Origin: Octopus vulgaris
Lineage: Eukaryota
Length of the DNA stretch: 64,000 nucleotides
NCBI GenBank assembly: GCA_951406725.2
Contig: OX597830.1
Span: 64,666,001 to 64,730,000 of the forward strand
Reading direction: 5' to 3'
The position numbers and the translations under genes are program-made. Below, in pieces: positions 30,320 through 44,492 of the stretch; positions within the stretch are counted from its first letter, which is position 1, and the number at the start of each line of letters is the position of its first letter. Under the pieces are notes generated by a model. It was not told where the DNA came from. It worked only from the letters and a program-made list of their open reading frames with translations, and searched no databases.

Positions 30320-30740
30320 AACGCCTCCGCCGCCGCCGCCGCCTCCGCCGCCGCCGCCTCCGCCGCCGCCGCCTCCGCCGCCGCCGCCTCCGCCGCCGCC
30401 GCCTCCGCCGCCGCCGCCTCCGCCGCCTCCGCCTCCGCCGCCGCCGCCTCCGCCGCCGCCGCCTCCGCCGCCGCCGCCTCCGCCGCCTCCGCCGCCTCCG
30501 CCGCCTCCGCCGCCTCCGCCGCCGCCGCCGCCGCCTCCGCCTCCGCCGCCGCCGCCTCCGCCGCCGCCGCCTCCGCCTCCGCCTCCGCCGCCGCCGCCTC
30601 CGCCGCCGCCGCCGCCGCCGCCGCCTCCGCCGCCGCCGCCTCCGCCACCGCCGCCTCCGCCACCGCCGCCTCCGCCTTCGCCACCGCCGCCTCCGCCACC
30701 ACAGCCGCCTCCACCGTCGCCACCGCCTCCACCGCCGCCA
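30320..30740. repeat. ~420-bp (CCG)n/(CCT) GC-rich trinucleotide tract
   Basis: Direct inspection; produces the poly-R/G/A ORFs. Confidence 0.95.
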
Positions 30741-30863
30741 CTACTACTACTACTATTACTACTACTGACACGTGCCAATGTGGGAGGTGATATGTTTTTT
30801 TTATTTTCCCAAATATTTCGCCATGTTTCTTTGCCAGATGAGAAACAAGGTTCGTCTTCCTAC

Positions 30864-31015
30864 CTCGGGGCTTTCTTTTTTTGCACTTCTTGTTTGGTCT
30901 TGGGTCGCTTAAAGGAACTCCCTTGAGGTATCTTAGGATGGGTCTGCTGAGATGATGAAGAATGTGTAGGGTGTACGAGCAAGGGATTAGTGTGGGTGGG
31001 GAAGACGAAAGCCAT
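30864..31015 (-). CDS. Candidate first coding exon (50 codons + 2 nt)
   Basis: ccaaacATGG start context; MAFVFPTHTNPLLVHPTHSSSSQQTHPKIPQGSSFKRPKTKQEVQKKKAP; donor gag|gtagga; non-repetitive sequence; no recognised homology. Confidence 0.3.
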
Positions 31016-31355
31016 GTTTGGTGAAAAGACAGAACGTAAGGCTTCTTTTTTTTTTTGAGAAATAGTTGAAATTTGATGGAATTTATTATGTCTCAATCGG
31101 AAGTCTACGAGTGAAAGAGGAAAAAAACCCACTTCACTCTCTCTATCTACACACACACACATACCGATTTGTGCATGTATATACGCATACATATATGTAT
31201 GTGTTTGTGTGTACAATATATATACATATATATATGCATATATATAAATATATGTGTGTACAAATATATATATATATTTCAATATGTGACCTCGTGAGTA
31301 TCACTGGCGATTTTTTTTCTCTGCCTTCGCTTCTCGGGATCTTTCCTTCTCCTAT

Positions 31356-31390
31356 GTTTCCGACGAAGAGCTCCGCTCGAAACGTTAAAC
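31356..31390 (+). ncRNA. Minimal type I hammerhead-ribozyme-like motif (U4C variant) in a short Penelope-like/(TA)n-associated element
   Basis: GUUU-CCGACGA-A-GAGC(UCC)GCUC-GAAA-CG-UU-AAAC: stem I GUUU/AAAC, stem II GAGC/GCUC, palindromic ACGU stem III. Confidence 0.55.
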
Positions 31391-31495
31391 CCTCCTTCTT
31401 CCCTTCTTTCCTGAGCGTCCAATAATACTTTATTTGTTCCACGTCCTCGCGTTGTTGTGTTTTTTTGTTTTTTTTGTGATTTCTTGTTTGGATTA

Positions 31496-31531
<36 letters not shown>

Positions 31532-31567
31532 TATAGACATATACATTCAAATATATATATATGTGTG

Positions 31568-31700
<133 letters not shown>

Positions 31701-32080
31701 AGGGAATGTAAAAGATAGTGAGGGTTGCAAGAAAGACGGGAGTTCGGCAAAATCTCATCAAAATAGGGTGTTATATGATGGCGGTTAATATAGAGATGCC
31801 CCCCCCCCCCCATATTGATAGAAATAAAACTGCATGTCATGAAAGACCTCTTGAATGTTTGGCATGACAGATTGATGAAACAAGTTAAAGTACATGGGAC
31901 CAGTCACAGTGCCCTAACTGAATTGACCAATTTAACCCTTTGAAGATTTGCTGTAGCATGCACTGTGCCAAGAGCTTATCTCAAAACTCTATTCTTCGGT
32001 CGGGTTTATCTATTTTAGGATTGTAACATTTCCAATGACAGACCTTGAAAATGCGACGGACTCTCGATTTTGAAAGTACC

Positions 32081-32313
32081 TATTTCTTTACTACCCACAA
32101 GGGGCTAAATATAGAGGGGACAAACAAGGACAGACACACGGATTAAGTCGATTACATCGACCCCATAATGTAACTGGTACTTATTTAATCGACCCCGAAA
32201 GGATGAAAGGCAAAGTCGACCTCGGCGGAATTTGAACTTACAACGTAACAGCAGACGAAATACGGCTCGCATTTCGCCCGGCGTGCTAACGTTTCTGCCA
32301 GCTCGCTGCCTTG
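32081..32313 (-). mobile_element. SINE family A (tail type 1) with 15-bp TSD
   Basis: Flanked by identical gattttgaaagtacc on both sides. Confidence 0.92.
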
Positions 32314-33619
32314 ATTTTGAAAGTACCGTCTCACAACTCGCGTGTCGCTTAGATTAAGTTTCTGGGGCCCTGTTTTGCTTTGTGTGGTTTGTCGATGTTT
32401 TCGATCTTTCGGAACGTTCCATCTGATTCATGTTTATTTCTAATTAAAATAATGGTCGTCGTGTTAAGGGATCGGTTTGAATCTCGCTCCTAGAATGTCT
32501 TCGCACACTCAATGCGTTTCCAAATTTCCAGTAGCGTTTAAGGATAAATTTCCTTTCTACAGATCTTAGTCTGGCTCCCTTCATTAGTTCCAATGGATTA
32601 AATGAAAATAGAATGTGTTATCGGCTGTGTGAGTTTACATTTTTCACACACAAACTCTCTCGCAGATACACATACACACACACATACAAACACACACACA
32701 CACGCACACACACACACAGACGCGCGTGCTGTATATGCGTTCGTGTACGTGTGTGTGTAGATGCGTGTGTATGTATTCATATATATTTATATATATGTAT
32801 ACGTTTATATATGTATATGTTTATGCATATATATATATGTGTGTGTGTTTTTGTGTGTGACATAGGAGACACAGAAAAACAGAGAGAAAGAGAAAGAAAG
32901 AGAGAAAAATGGAGAGTGAGGGAAAGAAAGAGAAAGAGAAAGAAAGAGGGAGAAAGAGAGAGAGAGAGAGTGAGGGAAAGAAAGAGAGAGAGAGAGGAGA
33001 CGGTGCCTCTTTCCTACAGATGTTTACAACTGTTTCGTATGGAGAAGTCTAAAATATAGTTTAAGACACACAACGTCTGGTTTAAAACCAAGATGCTAAG
33101 CGTTGCTTTCCTTTTGATCTGCGTTTCCATGATGAGAGCTAAATTCTGGGTCTAAGCACCAACGACAACAGCAACACAAGCAACAACAACAACTACTACT
33201 ACTACAACAGTAACAACAATAACAAAAACATGCCATAATCAATCTCTCATATATTGCACGATAATAAACTGAAGGTAAAAATAGCGTGAGAAAAGTTATT
33301 TCCGAATAGATTTTGGAACCAATCCTAGATTCTGGCTATTGTTGTTGTAGTTGTTTTGCATGTAAATTTTGTTGGTGTTGCTGTCGTTGTTGTTGTTGTT
33401 GTTCTTGTTGTTGGTTGTTGGTTTTGTTGTGTCGGATTAAAGACAAAAATAAAGAAATTCCTGTGTGGGGTGGCATCTGCAATGCATAACTTCAATGTTG
33501 CTGACAAAACCACAAAACGTGGTACGTTGGTCTGGATGAATAAACATACATGCTCATATAAATATTCACACTTATATATATATAAGTATATAAGCAGATA
33601 CAAACACACGCACATATAT

Positions 33620-33894
33620 ATACATATATATATATATATACATATATATAAACACACATATATATATTACATATATGTATATATATAATATGTATATATA
33701 TGTATATATAATATATATATCAATATATATGTAATATATATGTATATATATTTGTATATTTATATATAATAATATATAAATACATATATATCAATATATA
33801 TATATATATATATATACATATATATATGTATATATATATATATGTATATATATATATACATATATGTATATTTATATATATATATATATGTATA

Positions 33895-33930
<36 letters not shown>

Positions 33931-33968
33931 TATATACATATATTATATGTATATATATATATATTTAC

Positions 33969-33999
<31 letters not shown>

Positions 34000-34011
34000 T
34001 ACATATATGTA

Positions 34012-34053
<42 letters not shown>

Positions 34054-34086
34054 ATGTATGTGCGTGCGTCTTCTGTCGTGCGTGTG

Positions 34087-34148
<62 letters not shown>

Positions 34149-34170
34149 CATATACACATATATATATACA
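33620..34170. repeat. Long degenerate (TA)n tract
   Basis: Direct inspection; one of many such tracts in the window. Confidence 0.95.
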
Positions 34171-34578
34171 TGCACAGACATGTCAGCAGTAAAGGTAGTA
34201 GCAGCTGAAATTACGTAGGTGTCCGTACGAGCCCACCCGGGTTAAGAGTTCAGGAGTGTAACAAGCCCCTAAAATTGTCTTTATTCAAGCCGTTACTTCC
34301 CTAACGAAATTACATTCCTGTATTTTGTCTGTTTATCTCATCAACATGTCTTCATAACATCTCTGTTTTTTTCTGTCTTTCTGTCTGTCTCTTTGCTTGT
34401 CTGTCAGTCTTTTTTCTGCCTGTCTGTCAGTCTTTTTTCTGTCTGACTGTCTGTCGGCCCCTGTGCCGGTGCATTGAGTGTATTGGTACAAAAACATGCT
34501 TGAATCTATATGTGTATATCTGCTGCGTGCCTATCTGCATGTATATATTTATGCATGAATGCATGTATGTATGTATGT

Positions 34579-34666
<88 letters not shown>

Positions 34667-34781
34667 CACACAATTTCACCAAGTGTTCAGTATGCACCAT
34701 TTAAGGCAATTCAGATTATTACATTATATAAAAGGGCTTAGTAAAATAAGTATGCGGCAAAGTAATTTATTTTACTAAGCC

Positions 34782-34837
<56 letters not shown>

Positions 34838-35294
34838 ATAGAAATATTAAAATTACTAAGTCTCTCTAAAAGAGATTACGGCAGCGTTACTGGAAATTAA
34901 TTGTTATTGCCATATTAATATGGAATTCTTATAGATATAAGACTGAAGCTGTCGCTGATTAGCTCCATGAGGCCATATATAGTTAATCCAAACAAGAAAG
35001 CACAAAAAACACAACAACGCGAGGACGTGGAACAAATATAGTACTATTGGACGCTCATGTGTGTGTGTGTGTGTGTGTGTGTGTATAGTTCAATTTTATA
35101 GAAAACGAAACAAGAAGACATGTGAGGGAACAAAAAGCAGATGTATTAGTTTGACGCTCGGGAAGAATGAAAAAGTCTTTGACGTTTCGAGCTTAAGTCC
35201 TTCAAGAGAAAGGGTCACGAGGAACAAAATGGAAAGAGAAAATAATGTGCAGGGATTACCGCTTCAACATGATCAAATACACACACACACACAT

Positions 35295-35329
<35 letters not shown>

Positions 35330-35339
35330 CACAAACACG

Positions 35340-35395
<56 letters not shown>

Positions 35396-35424
35396 CAAAA
35401 CACGCACACACACACACACACACA

Positions 35425-35488
<64 letters not shown>

Positions 35489-35809
35489 TGTATGTATGTC
35501 ATTGCTTTTGTATTTCAAGATTACTTGTCAATAGAGAAAGAGCAGGTTTCTAACTTATATTCAAAGCTTCATTGCAATTTCAATATCAACAAAAGGTATT
35601 TTTGTATATCTGTATGTTATGTATGTATGTTATGTATGTATGTATGTATGTATGTATGTATGTATGTTTGTATGTATGTATGTATGTATGTATGTATATA
35701 TAGTATATATGTATATGTGCAGATTTGTATGCTTTGCTTTATCTACGTATTCTCATGCATATAGTTGCATATCTAGAAATGCTTATTTATATATATATTT
35801 AAATGATAA

Positions 35810-36290
35810 ACTTCTGGAAAGTTTTACAGTTCCAGTGATGCATTAGATCAGTAATCTTCGAATAAGCTCTCTTCTTTCTGGTTTTGAGATGCCAAAGTTC
35901 TCAAGATTGGTATTTAGGCAGTGTGTTACATATCTCAGGCCCCCAACAATTACAGGTATAAACTTGAACCTATAATCTGGATAGAGTAACTGCAGATTTC
36001 TCAATATTTCAGCATTGGTGTTCTCTTTTTGCCTTGATCTTCAGCTTTATGTTAACATCTTCTGAGCAGCTGATTTCCACAACTTTGCACAGTTTCTCTT
36101 CTCTATAATATTTTATTTCTAAATCTTTATACCAGGTCTGTTGCGCTTATATTTTATTGAGCTCTTCACGTGGACATACCACCAGTATTCCTTTTATTAT
36201 GAGTGGCTATGGCTTCTACCATACTCTAGATTCTTATTTATTTGTTCCCGGGTTTATCCTTCCAACGGATTTCCTTACAGAATGTCCTAG
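35810..36290 (-). mobile_element. RLE-type (R4/Dong- or NeSL-like) non-LTR retrotransposon C-terminal relic
   Basis: Minus strand: KEYWWYVHVKSSIKYKRNRPG...EEKLCKVVEISCSEDVNI...LRNLQLLYPDYRFKFIPVIVGGLRYV (NRPD..E..P(V)IVG RLE pattern); frameshifted. Confidence 0.75.
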
Positions 36291-36996
36291 GTATGTATGT
36301 ATTTATGTATGTATGTATGCATTTATGTATGTATGTATGCATTTATGTATGTATGCATGCATGTATATATGTATGTATGTATGTACGTATGTACGTATGT
36401 ATGTACGTATGTATATTTGTACTTACGTATGTATGTATGTATGTATTTATGTATGTATGTATGCATTTATGTATGTATGTATGTATGTATGCATTTATGT
36501 ATGTATGTATGTATGTATGTACGTATGTATGTATATATGTACTTATGTATGTATGTATGTATGTATGTATGTATGTATGTATGTACTTACGTATGTATGT
36601 ATGTATGTATGTATGTATGTATGTATGCACGTACGTCCTTGGTATGACTTAAAACAGCATCTGGCCGTGAGGTTCTGTTTCGGAAGTCCAAGGATTCTGG
36701 GTCATGTGGAACAATGATTTAGCCATTATTGTTTTGAGGTCTGCTCTTGCCGAAAGTAGTTGCGCATGTGAACCACTAAGAATAAAAGACTCCTAGTTCT
36801 TGATAGAGAACAAAGTTGGTGTGAAAATCTTGAAGTGCAGTGTGTCGTTTCAACCTCTGGTTGCGTGGAAACGTTGGTCCTGTGCTGTACAAAATTTCAT
36901 CCACTAGAAGGAAATTCATGCACAGAAAATTCTGGGACTCAGAACGGCTTACTGACTTTAGGGAATTGGTCTCTCTCCGTCACAAGTTGACTTCCA

Positions 36997-37118
<122 letters not shown>

Positions 37119-37399
37119 AGACACTCATATTCTAAGAAATTTCCTATAATTTCGATTTCTGAAGTTCGTTGATTTTTTTAAACTCCCAATTCTCGCAAAT
37201 TTAAGTATTCATTGCGTTCACTGCACCCAATTTTTCACAAATTTAAATATTCATTGGATTCACTGCGGAGTAGATTTTAATGTTTAATAATAAACACTAT
37301 TAACTCGTTGCAGGCAACATTTTACGTTTTTATTTGCAACAGTCTCTCATTCTCGTTCGATTCCATTTTCATTAATAATAATTTAATAATAGATATATA

Positions 37400-39045
37400 A
37401 CTTTGATACGAGATACAATTTCAAGAATATTATCAGTTTCCAAACTTTGTTAAATGAATATTTTTGATAAAATGAAAATCTTTTAATATGCCGGTATAAT
37501 TTTTAAATGATTTTGTGTTGAATGAATGCATGCTATTGCACAAAATAGCTGTAGAACATTGATACGAGGTACAATTTCAAGATTATCAGTTTCCGGAGTT
37601 GTTAAATGAATATTTTTGAGAAAATGAAAATTCTTTAATATACCGGTATAATTTCTCTTTTTTCTTTTAAATGAAGGAGTGATTTTGTTGGTATGGTAAC
37701 TTGGAACGCTATAAGCCTTACAATAACAACTATATGATCGCTGCTCTTACCAGCACGTTAAACAAATTAGTTCTTAATTAGTTCTTAATTAGTTCTTAAT
37801 GAGCTTTCAGGTCAAAGCGACTGAAATATGCTTGAATATGCACGGGGACGGAGACATGATTCTGTTTCCGCTACACATGACCGACTGGTTAGGGTATCTC
37901 GAGAGGAGAATATTCTACTTCAAAATAATGGTGTCAGATCACAAATTGTTGATGCAACACTAAAGGGATCTTTTCTTTGTGATCATGTGGAAGTAGTGGG
38001 GTTGACAACCAATCTAGGTCATTCTGATGAAAGAGATTTTGTTAAATACCATCTTGATGTAGGAAATGGCAACCTTTCTGTTAAACAAAACCTAGGTGAA
38101 TTCAGTATCAAACTACCCAATGACCTTTGCCTTGACAGTGGTACTCTTTCAGATCTATGTGATTTTGTATATGCTGACCACAAATATAACTTCACAAACC
38201 CTGTGTGGTTTGCAAATAGAAGCATTTATTCCAATAAATGAAGCAGCACAATTTGTGAACGATTTTCTGTTCATCAGGATCCCTGGTGAGCTAAAAATAT
38301 ACAAAAGCTCAGATACAGTTGATAATGAAACTCGGGTCCCTAGTCAAGTTCATCAACAAACTTACACCACCAGGGTTTCCATCACACATTTTCAAATTGC
38401 AGAAAAACTGATGCATAATGCTTCTGACAAATTTAAATGCTACTCATGGACATCGCAATGGCACATGCTATATCAATGTCAGTTTATATGACCATGTTAT
38501 TGGGGCTGAGGTTGCTTCTGGTCCTTATGCAGGATCAACTCTGCTAATCCCATGAATACCACATTTCCATTCACATTTACGCGCAAGCTATTTCCTATCA
38601 AGCCAGCTTTTATTGTGACGTGCAACAAGGCACAGGGACAGACTTTTGAACAAATTGGAATATATCTTCCGACACAATTCTTCCCATATGGTCAGCTATA
38701 TGTTGCATTATCTAGAATTCGAAAGAAGGCTAATGTAAATATATTTGGCAGAAAGAAATCGAAATACTATGATTACCGACAACTGTGTCTACAAGGAGAT
38801 ACTACTTTAAAGCAAAATATGCTTTTTAGCAAGTTGCGGTTAATAGAATTGACACATAAATTATATGTAAAGTAATATATGTTTGTGAGGAATTGTTTTG
38901 GCATATTTCAACACATGCTGAATGAATGATATCGTTATATTAGTTCATTTTAAATTTGGGTATATAAGGAAACGCCATTCCCATGTGTTCTCACAGCACC
39001 AATCATTGTGTGTGTGTGTGTCCGTCCGTCTGTCTGTCTGTCTGT

Positions 39046-39139
<94 letters not shown>

Positions 39140-40069
39140 GCCTCCTTCCTTCAAACGGGAAGGAAGAGCTATTTTCATCATCCTTGTGGCTATGGCGAAA
39201 GAATGTATCTGGTGGACGCGTCTGAAAGGATTGGAGACAAAAACTTTCCTCTCTGGTCAACCTCTCATCAACTTCTTCAAGTACCACTTGAAAAGGAAAG
39301 TGAGAGTAGAGAGGCAAGTTTTGTCTAGCGAACGTTTTAAAAAATGATGGGTGAATGTAGCAAGGATGGCACGTATAAATGACGAAGCCACCTTGAGCAT
39401 AATCCTATGAACCCAGAAATTGAAAACAGAGGGTTACCCACTTGCAAACAAATGTGGTAACATATAACAATATTGACCACGGTTACCGTGGTCTTTTTCG
39501 TAGGCTTTTCTTCCCACAGATAAACCTTACTTGCTTTCCCCTTTACACCATACATCATGACACTGTGATACACGATCCCTATTGATCGTTTTTTTTCCTC
39601 TCCCCCTTTTTTCCTCTTTTTTCTTCTTTTTTTATTTTTCTTTTCTTTTTTTCGCTTTTTTCTTTTTCTCTTTTCCTTTTTTTTTCTTTTTTTCTTTTAT
39701 TTTGTTCTTTTTTCCCTTTTACGATCCCTTTTCATCGAAAACCTACGCCACCTTTTTTTTCTCCCTCAAAAGAAAAGCTCTACCTTGTAACTTGTCCCAT
39801 CTGTGTGGCCAATAAAGAAACTTATCTATCTATCTATGCACACCTCTGTAAGTTCTACCAATTACTAATGATAAATATATACAAACAGATTGAGTCTTTA
39901 AAAAACAGAGATTATGACTGCGATAAAATAATGAAAGCAATATTTACTATGCAAGGGAGCACTATAATTAGACGTGAAACATCGTAAAAATTATTAGAAT
40001 TGAGAATCAAATGTGAAAATATTATCGAGTGAGTAGCAGAAAACCGCCCGGGGTCGGACTTTCTGCTAG
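37400..40069 (+). mobile_element. Decayed Helitron with Pif1 helicase C-terminal pseudogene (~37910-38800) and 3' hairpin+CTAG
   Basis: RSQIVDATLKGSFL...DFVKYHLDVGNG and FPIKPAFIVTCNKAQGQTFEQIGIYLPTQFFPYGQLYVALSR (Pif1 motifs V/VI); 3' end agcagaaaaccgcccggggtcggactttctgCTAGt at ~40035-40070; 5' boundary uncertain. Confidence 0.85.
39140..39822 (+). mobile_element. Tx1/L1-like LINE 3' fragment in (TATC)n, nested in the Helitron
   Basis: ORF2-end-like peptide AMAKECIWWTR...FFKYHLKRKVRVER...F..WV, poly-T 3'UTR, AATAAA then TATC repeats. Confidence 0.75.
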
Positions 40070-40077
40070 TATGTATG

Positions 40078-40149
<72 letters not shown>

Positions 40150-40152
<3 letters not shown>

Positions 40153-40545
40153 CAGTTGAATAAAAGTAAAACATGGTCTGCTTGTCACGTTTTTTATTAT
40201 GGTATTTTAGAAGATATAAATTTTTTTATAATGCTGAAGTGTGTTAAACATTAAAAAAATGTTTTGTAATGCTCATAAAGTTCAATTAGCGCTTTCGTAC
40301 GTTCGTAATGATCATCAGATTTCAAAATGTACTTAACTGACAGTTGAGTTCAATTAAGTACACTTTGAAATTTGATGTTTACTGCGAACCTATGAAAGCG
40401 GTAATTGTACTTTATGAGCATTACAAAACATTTTTGTAATGTTTAAAACACTTCAACATTATATAAAAAAAAATAATATCTTTTTAAATTACAACAATAT
40501 AAAACATGAAAAGCAGACCAGGTTTTAACTTTATTCAACTGATAT
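40150..40545. repeat. ~395-bp imperfect palindrome between microsatellites
   Basis: Arms begin tatcagttgaataaaag and end ctttattcaactgata; centre at ~40340-40350. Confidence 0.9.
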
Positions 40546-40597
40546 ATTATTCTATACACATTAACACAAATTCGGAATATAATATATATATATATAG

Positions 40598-40647
<50 letters not shown>

Positions 40648-40731
40648 ATATTGAGTTCTAACACCAGGTTCTTAGCATTGCAACGCCTAAGATACACACA
40701 TACATATATATATATATAAATATATATATAA

Positions 40732-40826
<95 letters not shown>

Positions 40827-41119
40827 TAAGCCTCGAACATTTGTATTTCAGGATTGCTTCAAGATAATTTAACGGAATTATCAGAGGTTTTTCCATAGCT
40901 ATTAAACTCTACTTTGAACAAGGAAAAAGTGTTGATTACTCTCCAAGCTTACGAGAAGAATCGCGATGAAGTTGACCATGGACGAAAATAACATTTTCAT
41001 AAATAATTAACCACAGATCAGGATTGAGAGCACACAAAGGATTGAAATAAAGTTCGAATGGCAGCGTAAAGTTTTTGAAATTCCTAGAGACAGTTCTGGC
41101 TGAAATTCTACCCGTTAGG

Positions 41120-41540
41120 CACAAAGAGTTGCTCCCCTTTAGGCAATGACTTCTTCAATCTTCTTCCTGATTGCACCACAAGCATTTTTAATGAATTCCT
41201 CATCAATGTCTTTCTCCTACATCCTAAGGTCTTGCAGGTTACTGTGGGCCTTCTCCCATGCTGTTCTGACCAGTTTATTCCAGATGCTTAAATCTAAAGG
41301 GTTCAAATCAGGTGATGAAGGAGATCAAGTGTTCTAATCTCCAAACCTGTGACTAAACTCATCCCTGAAAAATTTGTGATCCACTGCCCTTTTAGTGATA
41401 AAGAACCACATCTTGCTGGAATGTAAACTAGATCTTCTCAGCGAGCTTGTTGGTGTTTCCCTCGTTACATTCTCAGGATATTCAGAAAGAATCCAAGTCT
41501 TTACAACTGACAAAACCTGAACATAACAAATCCCTATCAT
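41120..41540 (-). pseudogene. Tc1/mariner-superfamily transposase relic
   Basis: Minus strand FTFQQD... and *SPSSPDLNPLDLSIW...EEFIKNAC..IRKKIEEVIA*RG, the C-terminal catalytic motifs of Tc1/mariner (SPDLNPLD). Confidence 0.8.
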
Positions 41541-41967
41541 ACATCCACACCTCGCTTCCCAACCACATCGTCCCAGGTTACACTTAGACTTTGTGGCACC
41601 TTGGGCAAGTGTTTTCTACTATACCCTCGGGCTGACTACAGCTGAGCACAGACTTGTTACTGGATTTGGTAGACAGTAAGTGAAAGCAGCCCATATGTAT
41701 ATATACACATCTATATCTATGAGCGTGTGTCTTTACGTTTGGGCTTGACAACCCCGCACTGCTTGACAACCGGTGTTGGTGCGCTTACGTCCCCATAGCT
41801 TAGCTGTTCGGCAAAAGAGACCGATAGAATCAGTATCAGACTTTAGGAAAAATAAATATTGGGGGGTCGATACATTCGAGTAAAAATTCTTCAAGGTGGT
41901 GCATCAGCATGGCCACAATCCAATAATTGAAAGAAGTACGAGATAGATGATATATATATATACATAC

Positions 41968-42045
<78 letters not shown>

Positions 42046-42086
42046 GTATATATATATGTGTATATATATATATGTATATATATATG

Positions 42087-42121
<35 letters not shown>

Positions 42122-42447
42122 GTATATATCAACGTAGGTCATTACCATTTCAATAACTGCGTCTACTCTCACTTCTAAAATTGCTTTAAGGTTATGGTAG
42201 CCACCACGCAACTATTATTCCATAATCAATATCAGCATTAGTCGCTTTAGTAACATTAGTCAATTTAGTCACTTGCAACAATCATCACCCATTTATGAAC
42301 TTATCACAAATTGCTCGGATGTGCGATTACATTTAGAGGTTTCCTGTTTATTTGTTAGACAACGTCATTTTTTTACATCACACGCATACGCATGCACACC
42401 ATGTAGATTGTATTTACGTTGTAAAGTGCTGGAGACTGTATACATAA

Positions 42448-42478
<31 letters not shown>

Positions 42479-42519
42479 CATATATACATTCATGCTGGGT
42501 GCTTCCTCGAAGCTTAATT

Positions 42520-42755
42520 TATGTTGTTATCGTGCAATGCCTGTGCAAGAAGATTTTTTTAAAGTGAGGAAAGGCTGTGCACTGAGTCAATCTCACTCAC
42601 TAAGCAACAGCAGCCATAATCCGAAAAGAAGGAAAAGTCAACATCATCGGTAGCCACTGAGCCGCAGGTTTTATGTCGGAGTTATCCCAGTTACCCGAGT
42701 TACCTTCTCCTAGAAGGATACCCTAACAAAGTCTAGGAGTCCTTCACTCCCAATG
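42520..42755 (-). mobile_element. Possible RTE-type LINE 5'UTR fragment
   Basis: Minus strand ...ttctaggagaaggtaactc... resembles an RTE 5'UTR motif; recognition only. Confidence 0.3.
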
Positions 42756-42931
42756 GTTTAACCGCGCGATCGGGTATTCAGTCCGATTATTTCTATGACC
42801 GTGAATGTGTTGCTTTGTGCATCTATGGAATTGATACATACAAGTGAACATAAGACATATTTACGCGCTCTCCTACACGCACATTAATACGTAACACTCC
42901 CAATTACATACATACGCATAAAAACCCACAC

Positions 42932-42993
<62 letters not shown>

Positions 42994-43285
42994 GTCTATC
43001 TGTCTATCTCTCTATCTAACTAACTAACTACTTATCTATCAATCAATCAAACTACCTACGTATCACTCAATGAAACTACATATCTATCTACCTACCGACT
43101 TACCTACGTATTTACCTATCTACCTACCTCCCTATCTCCCTACCTACCTACCTACCTACCTACCTACATACCTGCCTGCCTGCCTAACTACCTACCTACC
43201 TACCTCCCTACCTATCGGTCTGTCTATCTATCTATCTATCTATCTATCTCTATCTATCTATCTATCTATCTCTATCTATCTATCT

Positions 43286-43925
43286 GCCTCCTTCCTTCAA
43301 ACGGGAAGGAAGAGCTATTTTCATCATCCTTGTGGCTATGGCGAAAGAATGTATCTTGTGGACGCGTCTGAAAGGATTGGAGACAAACACTTTCCTCTCT
43401 GGTCAATCTCTCATCAACTTCTTCAAGTACCACTTGAAAAGGAAAGTGAGAGTAGAGAGGCAAGTTTTGTCTAGCGAATGTTTTAAAAAAAAGATGGGTG
43501 AATGTAGCAAGAATGGCACGTATGAATGACGAAGCCACCTTGAGCATGATCCTATGAACCCAGAAATTGAAAACAGAGAGTTGCTTATTCGCAAAAAAAA
43601 AAAAAAAAGAAATATAACATGTGACTCCATTGACCGAGGTTACCGTGGTCTTTTCCGTAGGCTTTTCTTTCCACGGGTAAACCTCACCTGTCCTCCCCTT
43701 TACACTTCATATTGACATTTCTGTGATAACGATCCCTATTGATCAATTTTTTTTTCCTCTCCCCCTTTTTTTAACCCCCCTTTTTTTGTCCTCTTTCTCT
43801 CCTTTTACGATCCCTTTTGATCGAAACCCCCCTTCCTTTTTTTTTTTTTTAAACCTTCAAAAGAAAAGCTCTACCTTGTAATTTGTTCTATCTGTGTGCA
43901 GCCCTGTGTGGCTAATAAAGAAACA
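43286..43925 (+). mobile_element. Tx1/L1-like LINE 3' fragment (second long copy) in (TATC)n
   Basis: Highly similar to 39140-39822, with the same 5' start gcctccttccttcaaacggg. Confidence 0.78.
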
Positions 43926-44034
43926 TATCTATCTATCTATCTATCTATCTACCTACCTACCTACCTACCTACATACATACCTACCTATCTATCTATCTAT
44001 CCATCCATCCATCCATCCATCCATCCATCCATCC

Positions 44035-44099
<65 letters not shown>

Positions 44100-44492
44100 G
44101 CTAGCTAGCTAGCTATCTATAAACTTATATATACATACACCATTTGTAACTATTCTATTAAAACGCATGGCGTTAGGGGAGGATTAACCCGCTAGTACAT
44201 GTACATCACTGATGGTCCAAAACCTCCTATAATCCGCATAAATTTACGAGCTAGCTTACTAGTACCTTGTGCACACTAATATCATGCACAGTACAATATA
44301 AGTAAACTTGTGTCATTCGTATTAATGTACAGGTACCGCTATTAACTATTTAACTAAATTTAATATTTGTTTAGTTTAGAATGTTTAACGAGGTGACTAC
44401 CTGCTGTTCAGAAAAATCTGTAACGTGGAAGAGGCAAGAGAAAGAACAACTAACACAGTGTGTTAGTTTGACGCTCAAGAAAAATCGATGAG

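Noticed and set aside
29895-30778. Protamine-like poly-Arg, poly-Gly and EAAAA ORFs
   Set aside because: Alternative readings of the (GAT)n and (CCG)n tracts; no independent coding evidence.
37828-38875. Functional host PIF1 gene
   Set aside because: Intronless, multiply frameshifted and followed by a Helitron 3' terminus.
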